Positions 36,453 to 46,384 of a stretch of 64,000 nucleotides of DNA are shown here, in pieces; the stretch's first letter is position 1; each line of letters opens with the position of its first letter. The DNA lies in NCBI GenBank assembly GCA_937991965.1, contig CALKLP010000112.1:3608-67607 (forward strand), written 5' to 3'. Source of the DNA: an uncultured Verrucomicrobiales bacterium (GTDB lineage Bacteria; Verrucomicrobiota; Verrucomicrobiia; Verrucomicrobiales; Akkermansiaceae). The notes beneath the pieces are model-generated. The model saw nothing but the letters and a program-made list of their open reading frames with translations. It ran no database searches and was not told the DNA's origin. The position numbers and the translations under genes were made by a program.

Positions 36453-37520
36453 CTATTTTGAATACTTTTTACGAAGGTAATTACGTGAAGGGATTTCCAA
36501 GAACTTGTAACTGAAAAAAGAAGAGAGAAGAGTTACCGAAAGTAGGGCAACGACTATCCAAAAACCGTTAATTTCAGGTAATTTTGTGTGAAGACCATAA
36601 AATATTTTACCTACAATCGGATGAATTAAATACAATGAGTAAGAAATAAGCCCTAAGAAAACCATCACGCGAGACGACAGCAATTTAACAGTTATACTGT
36701 CTCTATCATATGCCAAGTGCAGGACCCAAAGCGGGGCGATAACATAGGCTATCAATATGAAGTATGGTGATAACAATTCCTTAAGGATACACGACCCGAT
36801 TATAAAAAGAAAAAATAAGTTGTCCCATTTAGGGGATAGCTTGACACTTTTGTTACAGAAAGCTTTTGCTAAAAAACAGCCGCTTATAAAGCCACTAAAC
36901 GATCTAACTACGCCTGGGATTCCCGTCATTCTCGATAGGTTATATTCATAATGGCAGATATACGTTGAGAAGCAGATCAACATGAACAACGTTGCCAAAC
37001 ACAATAGAGATGTATTTGAAAAATTACAAAACTTGAAGTGCTGTGATAACTTTGAGAAAACGGGAAAACAAAGCAAGTAAGCAAGCCATTCGAAAGATAC
37101 TGACCAAGAAGTTTTAATCCATTGATTTACCGACAGTGGATACCATTCATGAATAAGTAAAAGTTGAACAAAAAAGTCCTTCATCGCATAATCATTACCT
37201 ATACTTACACCTAACCAACTCCCAATAATATACATTACGAAAACTAAAAGTAAACAGACAGTGTGGAGTGGGAATATTCTTGCAACCCTGGCAACGACAT
37301 AATTTCTAGACGAGCTCTTATCTAGCTTGTCATCATAAATTACAGAAAGGATGAATCCTGAGAGAAGGAAAAATAAATCTACACACAATGCGCCATTAAA
37401 CCATCCAAACATACCTAGTGTCTGGAATTGTGGAAAAGCAAGATCAATGTTTAGGTGTAATGCAGTAACCGATAATGCCAAAAAACCTCTCAACCCAGTA
37501 TGACTTTTGATGTGTAGCAT
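36453..37520 (-). CDS. acyltransferase family 3 (membrane O-acyltransferase)
   Basis: 355 aa. HTGLRGFLALSVTALHL N-terminal motif and about 10 TM segments. Confidence 0.8.
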   Translation of the reverse strand: MLHIKSHTGLRGFLALSVTALHLNIDLAFPQFQTLGMFGWFNGALCVDLFFLLSGFILSVIYDDKLDKSSSRNYVVARVARIFPLHTVCLLLVFVMYIIGSWLGVSIGNDYAMKDFFVQLLLIHEWYPLSVNQWIKTSWSVSFEWLAYLLCFPVFSKLSQHFKFCNFSNTSLLCLATLFMLICFSTYICHYEYNLSRMTGIPGVVRSFSGFISGCFLAKAFCNKSVKLSPKWDNLFFLFIIGSCILKELLSPYFILIAYVIAPLWVLHLAYDRDSITVKLLSSRVMVFLGLISYSLYLIHPIVGKIFYGLHTKLPEINGFWIVVALLSVTLLSSFFSYKFLEIPSRNYLRKKYSK

Positions 37521-37526
37521 TGTGAA

Positions 37527-38222
37527 TTATCCTTTAAACTGAATAGTCGTATTGAACGCCAAAGGGGAACGATATCCTAACAATCTAGTCATCGCTTTAA
37601 GAATTCCCGTTCGGATCACTTGATTTCGCTGGGGAGGGGGGACGAACTTCTTTCTGAGACTCAATTGAAACTGTGTACTGAGTTCCTCGAGAGAAGGCTG
37701 CAAAGCTTCAGAGTCAGTTAGAGTATCAAAATCAATTGAGTAATTTGCCTTACCCTGCCAATATTGATAAAAGGATTTCAGTTCTGCCTCTATGTTGAGT
37801 TCTCCGAAACTGCTCTGGTAGCTTTTCAAGATGGATTCGGGGTGGCGCTTTACTAGAATAACAATTGCATTCTCGCTGACCTTCTCGAGATCGGATGCCA
37901 CAGATCTCTCATGAGTAAAGAGTGCGCGGTGTGGGTAATGAGTTTTCACCACTACAGACTTATCATGACAATGGTCATATGAACGTTGCACAAACTCTGG
38001 ATGCGACATTTGATCAAAATCAAGATAAAGTGCACTTCCAGCATAGTTAGGGAAATTATTTAGGATTGCATCAATCAATAAATGTGTTCCGCTGCGAGGA
38101 AAACTGGCGACTACGATTGGACGACCACCTCCTTTTTTCGAAAGTTTCCCAGGAGGAGCTACTACTTTACCACTAGTACCTCTAAAAATAAGCTTATATA
38201 AGGTTTTTAACACTGCCTTCAT
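37527..38222 (-). CDS. sulfotransferase-like protein (RSGTHLL-type PAPS loop), paralog of 21098..21775
   Basis: 231 aa. VVASFPRSGTHLLIDAILNNFP, VVVKTHYP and C-terminal NTTIQFKG. Confidence 0.6.
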   Translation of the reverse strand: MKAVLKTLYKLIFRGTSGKVVAPPGKLSKKGGGRPIVVASFPRSGTHLLIDAILNNFPNYAGSALYLDFDQMSHPEFVQRSYDHCHDKSVVVKTHYPHRALFTHERSVASDLEKVSENAIVILVKRHPESILKSYQSSFGELNIEAELKSFYQYWQGKANYSIDFDTLTDSEALQPSLEELSTQFQLSLRKKFVPPPQRNQVIRTGILKAMTRLLGYRSPLAFNTTIQFKG

Positions 38223-39721
38223 CGTTCTTCAACGAGAGACTCCACTTCCTGAATAAAAGCGTCTTCTCTAGATTGTTGCCTCTTTTTATAGGTGATTTTA
38301 CGTTGCCCGATAATCGCACACACCAAAATCCCCACCGGTAACATGGAAATAATATTATTGGGTTGTGTCGCGTAATTCCCCCCTAAAAATAAACGCATGA
38401 AAAGGGTTACAAGAAGACAAGCTGCCCCTATCCTAACCATCTTATTCATTAGAGGATCCGTAGCCATAAAAATTAATCGAGACAAAGCTTTGAGCAGTAT
38501 TAAGCCCACGACCGCGAGAAGCAACATCCCTGAAATCCCAGTAGTAAAGAAGAGACTAGTTATGGCATTGTGTGAGTAGAAGCGATCCCCCCATTTCGAT
38601 TTACTAACCTCCTCGAAAGAGGCAATGCCAATGAGTGACCAATTACCGAGATCACAGAACTGGGTAAGTGGCTCGAGCCTAGCTCCAAGAGTCAATAGTG
38701 TAACTCGCCTCTTGTCTTCAATAAAGAACATCATATCAGCGACATAAGCATTGATATCTCCCAAGTTATCCATGATATACTGAGAATAAGCAATAACTAA
38801 AAGGAGTACAGTTGAGCCTGCTAATATAGTGCTCCAAAACAATTTTTTACTCTTAAATAGGTAATAAATAATTAAGACGACCATCGGAGTAAGCATAGAA
38901 GTTCTACCGTCAGTATGAAAAATAGCAACTAGACTTACTAAAAATAAAAAAATGAAGAGAGCTCTAAGCTTTTTGAAGGTAATGGCATGCCAAAAACACA
39001 AAGCGTAAAAGAAGCCCACAAAACCAAAATGGAGTTGAGATGAGCCAAATCCGATAGGGCTATTAAAGCCATACCTCATAGCAATGTATTCGAGAGGAGT
39101 GTTAGTTACTGAGAGGGTCGTGCGTGCATACCAATAATCAACTAGAGAGTAATCTACATAGTATTGCCAGAGTCCAAGAATAGGCCAAGGAGTAAGAATA
39201 AAAATAAGGTGCCGAGCATACTTGATTATTTGAACTTCAGGCTCCTCATAAAAAATTGTGATGGCCAGTGCAATCCCTAGAATACCAGCTCCATTTGTGA
39301 TATCTTGGATCATTTTAACTCCGCCACCACTTCCTGATACCGAGATTAAAAGCGCATAGAGAAGAATCCCAACGAAAAGTAATACCTGAGGTTTCTGAAT
39401 CTTGTATTTACTTAAAGGAACAAATACAATAATTGAAGTCCACAGTGCTCCAATTGTTAACATCGACATAGACAGGATTTCAATAACCGTCAATTGAGAG
39501 GGAATCCCGTAATAAGTCGCAAGTTTCTTGAAGAAGTCTGCATAACAAGTCTCCATCGTAATTAGATAAATTCCTATTTTTGGACGAATGAAGGTTAAAA
39601 GCGCCCCTCCAATCCCGATAACTTTAATTAACCCTGAAATCCCCCCGGTATCATTTAGGAGGACCGTAGGAACGAAGAAGGCGGCCACGATGAGGCCGAT
39701 AATGATAATGACGATTTTCAT
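38219..39721 (-). CDS. Wzy-type polymerase / O-antigen-ligase-like polytopic membrane protein
   Basis: 500 aa with more than 10 hydrophobic segments and one larger loop. No soluble catalytic domain. Assigned from context with Wzx and GTs. Confidence 0.5.
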   Translation of the reverse strand: MKIVIIIIGLIVAAFFVPTVLLNDTGGISGLIKVIGIGGALLTFIRPKIGIYLITMETCYADFFKKLATYYGIPSQLTVIEILSMSMLTIGALWTSIIVFVPLSKYKIQKPQVLLFVGILLYALLISVSGSGGGVKMIQDITNGAGILGIALAITIFYEEPEVQIIKYARHLIFILTPWPILGLWQYYVDYSLVDYWYARTTLSVTNTPLEYIAMRYGFNSPIGFGSSQLHFGFVGFFYALCFWHAITFKKLRALFIFLFLVSLVAIFHTDGRTSMLTPMVVLIIYYLFKSKKLFWSTILAGSTVLLLVIAYSQYIMDNLGDINAYVADMMFFIEDKRRVTLLTLGARLEPLTQFCDLGNWSLIGIASFEEVSKSKWGDRFYSHNAITSLFFTTGISGMLLLAVVGLILLKALSRLIFMATDPLMNKMVRIGAACLLVTLFMRLFLGGNYATQPNNIISMLPVGILVCAIIGQRKITYKKRQQSREDAFIQEVESLVEER

Positions 39722-39830
39722 TTAGATAAACTGAGGGGGGGCTCTTTAGCGTTTATGAGATACATGAGACGAACACAGATTGTGCCTTAACAAAGACTTT
39801 GACAAGGGGACGTTGTGTCCTTCTAAACCA

Positions 39831-40574
39831 TTACCTTTTTTTAAAAAAGTGATAAACGAATAGGGAATTATATTTCAGGTAACGCTTCCATAAACGCGAA
39901 GGTTCGCGGACTAATCGATAGAGCCAAGTTAAGCCTAAAGGACCAAGAAATCTGGGAGCATCTTCTTTGGTTCCTGCATTCACATCAAAAGCAAAACCGA
40001 CGGCTAACATTGCTTTTCCAGGTAGATCGGTTTTCCATTGGTTAATAAAAGCCTGTTGCTTGGGGGTGCCTAAGCCGATCCAAACGATATCGGCATCCGT
40101 GGCCGCAATCGTCTTTATAATCTCCGCTTCTTCTGCAGGCTTGAAATACCCATTCCGATAGCCAGAAATTTTTAGCTCAGGCTGGAGTTGAGATAAGTTT
40201 TCGATCAGCTTATCGATACACTCTTGGTTGCCTCCGAGAAAGTAGTGCTTCAAATTCAGGTCTCCATATCGAATAGAGTAATCAAGAAAGTCTGGCCCGT
40301 AAACCCGTTCACTTTTCTTTCCCCCATTTAACTTCACTGCCCAGGTTAGAACTTGGCTATCTGGAATGAAGTAATCGACGGAGCTTGTGGTCTCCGCAAA
40401 TTCTGGTTCGGTTGCTCTGGCGGCGACAATATGAGCATTGGTAAAGTCCACAGATAGGCCACCTTCTTTCTGGTTAGAAGGTTTAGAGACCCAGTTCTCA
40501 AGAACTTCTTGCACTTCAGCGTGGTTCGCGACCAAGCAAGGAGTAGAAATTACGTTTATAGTTTCCTGTGCCAT
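39831..40574 (-). CDS. WecB/TagA/CpsF-family glycosyltransferase (GT26)
   Basis: 247 aa. VWIGLGTPKQQAFI and WLYRLVREPSRLWKRY family motifs. Confidence 0.85.
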   Translation of the reverse strand: MAQETINVISTPCLVANHAEVQEVLENWVSKPSNQKEGGLSVDFTNAHIVAARATEPEFAETTSSVDYFIPDSQVLTWAVKLNGGKKSERVYGPDFLDYSIRYGDLNLKHYFLGGNQECIDKLIENLSQLQPELKISGYRNGYFKPAEEAEIIKTIAATDADIVWIGLGTPKQQAFINQWKTDLPGKAMLAVGFAFDVNAGTKEDAPRFLGPLGLTWLYRLVREPSRLWKRYLKYNSLFVYHFFKKR

Positions 40575-40595
40575 TTCATGGTGTTTGGTAAGAGC

Positions 40596-41651
40596 TTACG
40601 ATGCGGTGCAAGCTTGGTAGATTTCACGGAGAATATCCTCGATGTTATATTGATACTTCCAGTCAGGGTAATGTGACTGGAACTTGCGAACATCAGAGAT
40701 ATACCAGATATGGTCTCCAATTCTGTTGTCTTCGAGATAAGAATATTCTAACTTGTTTCCTGAAAGTTCTTCTCCGATCCGAATCGCTTCCATCATGGAG
40801 CAGTTGGAATGACGACTCCCTCCGATATTATACACTTCGCCACATCTGGGCTTCTCATAAACGTGCCTGAAGGCGGAGACTAAGTCGGCCGCGTGAATGT
40901 TATCTCTCACTTGTTTTCCTTTATAGCCAAAGATGCGGTAGGGATTTTTCTCTACAATGCACTTCATTAGGTAAGCCAAGAATCCGTGCAATTCTGCCCC
41001 TGCATGGGCAGGCCCCGTGAGGCACCCTCCTCTGAATACCGCAGTCTTCATCCCGAAGTATTTCCCATACTCTTGCACCATTACGTCGGCGGCGACCTTG
41101 CTGGCTCCAAAGATCGAATGCTTACACTGATCTAGGGACATATTCTCATCGATGCCGATAGAGTAGGGGTGGTTCTCACTAATCTCCCAACGCTCTTCCA
41201 GTTCAACTAATGGCAAGCTGTTTGGTAAGTCGCCGTAAACCTTGTTCGTGCTAGTGAAAATGAATACGGCCTCTGGGGCATATAGGCGGGTCGCCTCTAG
41301 CATATGGAGGGTTCCGGTAGCATTCACTCCAAAATCTGTCAAAGGCTCTTTGGCGGCCCAATCATGGGAAGGCTGAGCAGCGGTATGAACAACGAGATCG
41401 ATATCAGCTCCATATTCTTGAAAGATCTCTGCAATATCTTCAAAATTCCGGATATCAACGATCTTAGGAATAAAATTATCATAGCTAGAGATAAGTTCGT
41501 CTTCGACATGTTTAGTAGAGGCCTCTTGACCAAAGAAGTAGGCACGCATGTCATTATCTATTCCGATTACTCGATGCCCTGAAGCGAGGAACGCTTTTGT
41601 AGTCTCAGAACCTATAAGTCCATTAGAGCCTGTTACGATTGCTGTTTTCAT
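40596..41651 (-). CDS. NAD-dependent sugar epimerase, CDP-paratose-2-epimerase-like extended SDR
   Basis: 351 aa. [20 protein letters not shown] and [13 protein letters not shown] resemble the tyvelose-epimerase family as recalled. Confidence 0.75.
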   Translation of the reverse strand: MKTAIVTGSNGLIGSETTKAFLASGHRVIGIDNDMRAYFFGQEASTKHVEDELISSYDNFIPKIVDIRNFEDIAEIFQEYGADIDLVVHTAAQPSHDWAAKEPLTDFGVNATGTLHMLEATRLYAPEAVFIFTSTNKVYGDLPNSLPLVELEERWEISENHPYSIGIDENMSLDQCKHSIFGASKVAADVMVQEYGKYFGMKTAVFRGGCLTGPAHAGAELHGFLAYLMKCIVEKNPYRIFGYKGKQVRDNIHAADLVSAFRHVYEKPRCGEVYNIGGSRHSNCSMMEAIRIGEELSGNKLEYSYLEDNRIGDHIWYISDVRKFQSHYPDWKYQYNIEDILREIYQACTAS

Positions 41652-41688
41652 TGTAAGTTTTTTTCTGATAGAGTCTAACGCGTTTGCA

Positions 41689-42672
41689 CTAATAGCGTCG
41701 GTTGAGTTCCCATTGCCAAGCGGTTTTGAGGATGTGGTGTAGGTCGCTTTTTTCTGCCACCCAACCTAGTTCCTGTTTGGCGAGAGAGGGGGCGGCGATG
41801 AGTTCTGCGGGGTCACCAGCGCGGCGACCTTCTTCGATCACGGTGATTTCTTTGCCGGTGATGGCGCGGGCGGCTTCGATTACTTCTTTGACGCTGTAGC
41901 CTTGTCCGGTGCCGAGGTTGCATTTTAGCGGGGGCTTCTCTTCTTGTAGATATGTGAGGGCTTGGTAATGAGCGCTGGCGAGGTCATCGACATGGATGTA
42001 GTCACGGACGCAACTGCCATCTGGTGTGTCGTAATCGGTGCCGAAGACTTTGATGGCGTCTCGCTTGCCGAGCGCGGTTTCTAGAATGAGAGGGATGAGG
42101 TGAGTCTCGGGATCGTGTGACTCTCCGATGAGGCCATCTTCGCTCGCACCACAGGCGTTAAAGTAACGTAGGCAAACACTCTTGAGTCCCCAGGCGCGGT
42201 AGCAGTCGTCTAGGACCTTTTCCAACATGAGCTTGCTTTCTCCGTAGGCATTGATCGGGGTTTGAGATTCCTGTTCGGTAATCGGGATGACCTGTGGTTC
42301 ACCATAGGTGGCGCAGGTGGAGGAGAAGATGAATTGACGACATCCGTGTCTCTGCATTGCTTGCAGCAAGGCGAGGGGGCGCGCCATGTTATTCTCATAA
42401 TACTTAAGCGGGTTTTCTACCGATTCTCCTACGTAGGTGTAGGCCGCGAAGTGGATGACAGCGGAGAATGAGTGCTCGGAAAAGAGTTGGTTTACGACCT
42501 GCGCATCACCGAGGTCTCCGTTCACAAGCATTACAGACTCATCAACAATCGCCTTTGGGTGTCCGTAGACGAGGTTATCGAGGACGACAACCTGGATGCC
42601 TTGAGAGACAAGAAGGCGAACGGTATGAGAGCCGATATATCCTGCTCCGCCAGTGACTAATACCTTTTTCAT
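41689..42672 (-). CDS. galE: UDP-glucose 4-epimerase
   Basis: 327 aa. [24 protein letters not shown] and [11 protein letters not shown]. Confidence 0.9.
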   Translation of the reverse strand: MKKVLVTGGAGYIGSHTVRLLVSQGIQVVVLDNLVYGHPKAIVDESVMLVNGDLGDAQVVNQLFSEHSFSAVIHFAAYTYVGESVENPLKYYENNMARPLALLQAMQRHGCRQFIFSSTCATYGEPQVIPITEQESQTPINAYGESKLMLEKVLDDCYRAWGLKSVCLRYFNACGASEDGLIGESHDPETHLIPLILETALGKRDAIKVFGTDYDTPDGSCVRDYIHVDDLASAHYQALTYLQEEKPPLKCNLGTGQGYSVKEVIEAARAITGKEITVIEEGRRAGDPAELIAAPSLAKQELGWVAEKSDLHHILKTAWQWELNRRY

Positions 42673-43041
42673 GGGGTTTTTATTTCGTAGAAGTGACGAT
42701 TCGTCGCTTAAGGGTGTGATGTTTCGTTTTAAAGCGACCAGTGGTCCGTTTCTACGCGCAATGCGGTTCGATAGGGAGATCTGTATGATTGGCGCGTTCC
42801 GCTTCGTTCTCGAAGAGGTTGATCGCTTCTGCGAGTTGGGAAAGGGACTCTGTGAGGATGGCTCTTTACTGGCGATTTCGATTTGGTCGAGTCACGGGTA
42901 AGTTATAGCTCAAGGGAGCGCGGGCGTCTCGCCCGCTTCTAGGGGAAAGCCTAGCAAAGAGTTAGAGAGGTGGATTTTAGCTAGACGATGACTTTGGGAG
43001 GATGCCAAAGTGGGGCACGCAGGAAGAGCGTTGCGCTACCC

Positions 43042-43512
43042 TTAAACTTCTTTTGGGAAATCAGGGAATAATGTGGATAGTGTTGTTTCTCCAGTAGGGA
43101 GGTAGAAGGAGATATTTCCTTCTAGGTCACACATCCAAACTTCTTCGGCACCTTGGGAGAAGTAGAGTTCGCGCTTTAGAGTCATTTCCGTTTCGGAGTT
43201 GGAGGGCGAAACTACTTCAATGCAGAGTTGTGGCGCGATAGGAAAGGTTATGAGATCAATGAACTGATCTATATAAGCATCTGAAGCCCAAGCAATGTCT
43301 GCAACTTTCACTCCACTGTTCGTATCAATGGGACATTCGGAGAGCACATCACCAGAAGTCATTTTGTTTCCGATGTAACGGGCTATCCTAGCTTGTAAAA
43401 GGCTATGCTTGTTTGAAGCTGGACTCATAATGATATTTCCGTGACGGTTTGTCTCGATCTTGTAGGGAAGATCTTGGAGGCTTTTATCAGCACATACTGT
43501 TTCCCAGGTCAT
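43042..43512 (-). CDS. Uma2-family (DUF820) putative endonuclease
   Basis: 156 aa. IIMSPASNKHSLLQARI, VADIAW and CIEVVSPSNSETEMTLKRELYFSQGAEEVWMCD match the Uma2 PD-(D/E)xK-like pattern. Confidence 0.7.
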   Translation of the reverse strand: MTWETVCADKSLQDLPYKIETNRHGNIIMSPASNKHSLLQARIARYIGNKMTSGDVLSECPIDTNSGVKVADIAWASDAYIDQFIDLITFPIAPQLCIEVVSPSNSETEMTLKRELYFSQGAEEVWMCDLEGNISFYLPTGETTLSTLFPDFPKEV

Positions 43513-43548
43513 GGTTAAATTATAGTCTAGAAATCAGTTTTGAAAAGT

Positions 43549-44475
43549 TTAAACGACGGTGCGGAAGTATTCGATGGTCTTATCGAGTCCTTCGTCGAGG
43601 GAGATTTTTGGTTCCCAATCGAGCTTTTCTTTCGCGAGCGAAATGTCGGGTTGACGTTGCTTGGGGTCGTCTCCTGGGAGGTCTTGGAAGGTGAGCTTTG
43701 ATTTACCACCTACCTTGGTGAGCACTTTTTCGGCGAGCTCTAGCATGGTGAATTCACCGGGGTTACCAATGTTGACCGGAGTAGTCATATCACTCCCCAT
43801 GAGGCGGATGAAGCCTTCGATGAGGTCGTCTACGTAACAGAAGGAGCGCGTTTGCTGGCCATCTCCATAGATGGTGATGTCTTCACCACGAAGGGCTTGG
43901 CAGATGAAATTGGAGACCACACGTCCATCATCTGGGTTCATGCGTGGGCCGTAAGTGTTAAAGATACGGACAATGCGGATATCGACCCCGTTTTGGCGAT
44001 GGTAATCTGTGAAGAGCGTTTCCGCCGCGCGTTTTCCTTCGTCATAGCAAGAGCGAATTCCAATTGGATTCACATGTCCCCAATAACTTTCTGGCTGCGG
44101 GTGAACCTGAGGATCACCATAGACTTCTGATGTCGAGGCTTGGAAGACTCGCGCTTTCACCCGCTTGGCCGCACCGAGGCAGTTAATCGCCCCCATGACT
44201 GAGGTCTTCATGGTCTTAATGGCATTGTATTGATAATGCGGTGGTGAGGCAGGGCAAGCAAGGTTGTAGATTTCATCGACTTCGACTTTGAAGGGGTCAG
44301 TGACATCATGACGGAAGCGCTCGAAGTGAGGGCTGCCAATCATATGATAGATGTTGCTTTTTGATCCAGTGAAGTAGTTGTCCATACAGACGACGTCGTT
44401 ACCTTCATTGAGAAGTCGTTCACAGAGATGGGAGCCGAGGAAGCCGGCGCCGCCAGTTACAAGTATGCGTTTCAT
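43549..44475 (-). CDS. uxs: UDP-glucuronate decarboxylase (UDP-xylose synthase)
   Basis: 308 aa. Near-colinear with UXS: [60 protein letters not shown] and [10 protein letters not shown]. Confidence 0.92.
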   Translation of the reverse strand: MKRILVTGGAGFLGSHLCERLLNEGNDVVCMDNYFTGSKSNIYHMIGSPHFERFRHDVTDPFKVEVDEIYNLACPASPPHYQYNAIKTMKTSVMGAINCLGAAKRVKARVFQASTSEVYGDPQVHPQPESYWGHVNPIGIRSCYDEGKRAAETLFTDYHRQNGVDIRIVRIFNTYGPRMNPDDGRVVSNFICQALRGEDITIYGDGQQTRSFCYVDDLIEGFIRLMGSDMTTPVNIGNPGEFTMLELAEKVLTKVGGKSKLTFQDLPGDDPKQRQPDISLAKEKLDWEPKISLDEGLDKTIEYFRTVV

Positions 44476-44574
44476 TTAAATGGGGAAAGGGTTTTAGGTG
44501 ATTAGGTTTTAAGTGTTAGGTATGAAAACTGATAGCTTCTGTCCTTAATTTCTCGTGGAGTCTCTGACATTTCA

Positions 44575-45216
44575 CTATTCAGAGGTGTCGACTTCCGCGT
44601 TCATCTTGAGCCAAGCCGAGTAGGCGGTTGGCTTGTTGATGTAAGTGGGATTGGATTTGAGTTCTTGAATTCCAGCTTGGTAGAGTTTTCTGAGTTCTGG
44701 TAGTGCTTCTGGCAGGTGAGTTTCTAGGAGTTTCTTTGTTTCTTGAATGTGATTGTCATTTGTTCTGGCGATCAGTCTGGCGCAATCGAGGAGGTCTTGC
44801 CGGCTGCCTGTGTTCATTTTACTGAGAATGAGCCAAGGAAAAGGGATAGTAGGCTCATTTCTTATGATCTGACTCTGGGCTGCGGAGATTGCGTTAGAAA
44901 CCCAAGGTGCACTGGAGTTAATAAGGCAGAGGTATTGTTTCGTGCGCTTAAGGATGAAGAAATCGTGGGTGTGCCAGAAGTAATCGTAGTGCGATGAATG
45001 CTTTTTTAGGCTTTGGACGGCGTCTTGTTGGTGCCGTGCCTCGATAAGGAGGTCTAAGGAAAAGGTTCGGCGTTCTGGGAGGTGCGGAATCATGGCTTGT
45101 GCGCCAAAGATCGCATAGGGAACAGAGAGCTTTTGAGTGAGTTTAGCAGGGCGGTAACGCGTTCTATAGGGAACTGGCTTGAGGTGCTCTAGAGGGTTCC
45201 AAGCCATGGCAGGCAT
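44575..45216 (-). CDS. hypothetical protein (possible nucleotidyltransferase-fold)
   Basis: 213-aa ORF. FGAQAM...RRTFSLDLLIE weakly resembles the G-x-x-A...S/T-x-D-h-D NTase motif. No confident family. Confidence 0.45.
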   Translation of the reverse strand: MPAMAWNPLEHLKPVPYRTRYRPAKLTQKLSVPYAIFGAQAMIPHLPERRTFSLDLLIEARHQQDAVQSLKKHSSHYDYFWHTHDFFILKRTKQYLCLINSSAPWVSNAISAAQSQIIRNEPTIPFPWLILSKMNTGSRQDLLDCARLIARTNDNHIQETKKLLETHLPEALPELRKLYQAGIQELKSNPTYINKPTAYSAWLKMNAEVDTSE

Positions 45217-45295
45217 TGATTCGGATTATTCTCGTACAGAGACACGGGGACACGGGGACACAGAGAGCTTGAATTTTAGAAGTTGGGCTCAATCG

Positions 45296-46384
45296 TCATT
45301 TCAAGGCATTGGTCACCTGCTCAATCTCTGCCGTAGAAAGGTAGGGATTCATGGGCAGTGAGAGGCATTGGGAGGCTACTTTTTCGGTCACGGGGAAATC
45401 TCCTTGTTTGTAGCCTAGTTCGGCAAAAACGGGTTGGAGGTGGAGAGGAACGGCGTAGTAACTGACGCTGGGAATTCCTTTCTCGCTGAGTTTTGCCTGG
45501 AGTTGAGCAGGCTCGGGGGCGAGGATGGTGTATTGTGCCCATACCGAGGTGTTACCGCTCAGGACGGTAGGAGCTTGCACCTGTAAGGGGGAGTTCTTGA
45601 GCGCATTTGTGTAGGCGCTTGCAACCTCGTTTCGCTTTTGGATTTCATCATCAAAGATGGCGATTTTCTCAAGTAGAATCGCGGCTTGGATGGTGTCGAA
45701 ACGGCCATTGATCCCGAGAATGGGGTGATGGTGTTTCTCCGCTTGGCCGTGCACGCGGATTTGGCGCATGCGGTCGGCGAGGTCATCATCATTCGTGAAG
45801 AGGGCGCCGCCATCGCCGTAGCAACCGAGAGGCTTAGAGGGGAAAAAACTAGTTGATCCAATGGTCGAGAGGCCTCCCGAGGCTTGGCCATGGTGATGAG
45901 CGCCGTAGCACTGCGCGGCGTCTTCGATGACGGGGAGGTTGTGTTTCTCAGCAATGGCGTTGATGGCTTTCATGTCGGCGGGTTGTCCGTAGATTCCGAC
46001 AGGCATGATAGCTTTCGTATTGGAAGTGATGGCGGCTTCTAGAAGGGCCGGATCCATGTTCCAAGACTGTTCACTGATGTCGATAAAGACTGGAGTTGCT
46101 CCCGCGAGGGCAATGACCTCGGCGGTGGAAATCCAAGTGTAAGGCACGGTGATGACTTCATCTCCCGGGCCGATTCCTAAGGCCATGAGGGCGATAAGGA
46201 GAGAGTCCGTGCCACTAGCAGTGGTGATGCAATGGGCCACGCTAGTGCGTGCGGCTAAAAGAGTTTCAGCTTCACGCACTTCTGGTCCCAAGACGTATTG
46301 GCCATGTGCAAGGACGTTTTGAATACGCGCATCGATCTTGTCTTTGATCAGCGATTGCTGAGTTTTTAAGTCAATGAATTGCAT
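45296..46384 (-). CDS. DegT/DnrJ/EryC1/StrS-family PLP-dependent sugar aminotransferase
   Basis: MQFIDLKTQQ start (ATG 46384; an alternative ATG lies at 46408) and PLP-Lys context FFPSKPLGCYGDGG. Confidence 0.9.
   Translation of the reverse strand: MQFIDLKTQQSLIKDKIDARIQNVLAHGQYVLGPEVREAETLLAARTSVAHCITTASGTDSLLIALMALGIGPGDEVITVPYTWISTAEVIALAGATPVFIDISEQSWNMDPALLEAAITSNTKAIMPVGIYGQPADMKAINAIAEKHNLPVIEDAAQCYGAHHHGQASGGLSTIGSTSFFPSKPLGCYGDGGALFTNDDDLADRMRQIRVHGQAEKHHHPILGINGRFDTIQAAILLEKIAIFDDEIQKRNEVASAYTNALKNSPLQVQAPTVLSGNTSVWAQYTILAPEPAQLQAKLSEKGIPSVSYYAVPLHLQPVFAELGYKQGDFPVTEKVASQCLSLPMNPYLSTAEIEQVTNALK

Noticed and set aside
42653-42901. 82-aa plus-strand ORF in the 369-nt gap upstream of galE, and a helical-looking minus-frame peptide (…SLSQLAEAINLFENEAERANH…) in the same gap.
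   Set aside because: The plus ORF overlaps the galE start and has no motif. The minus-frame stretch has no start codon after the preceding stop. Neither is supportable as a gene.
45236-45267. Short tandem ACACGGGG ACACGGGG ACACAGAG in the intergenic region upstream of DegT.
   Set aside because: There are only two and a half 8-nt units with no spacers, so this is not a CRISPR array or a recognisable regulatory repeat family. It is mentioned only as a landmark in the junction finding.
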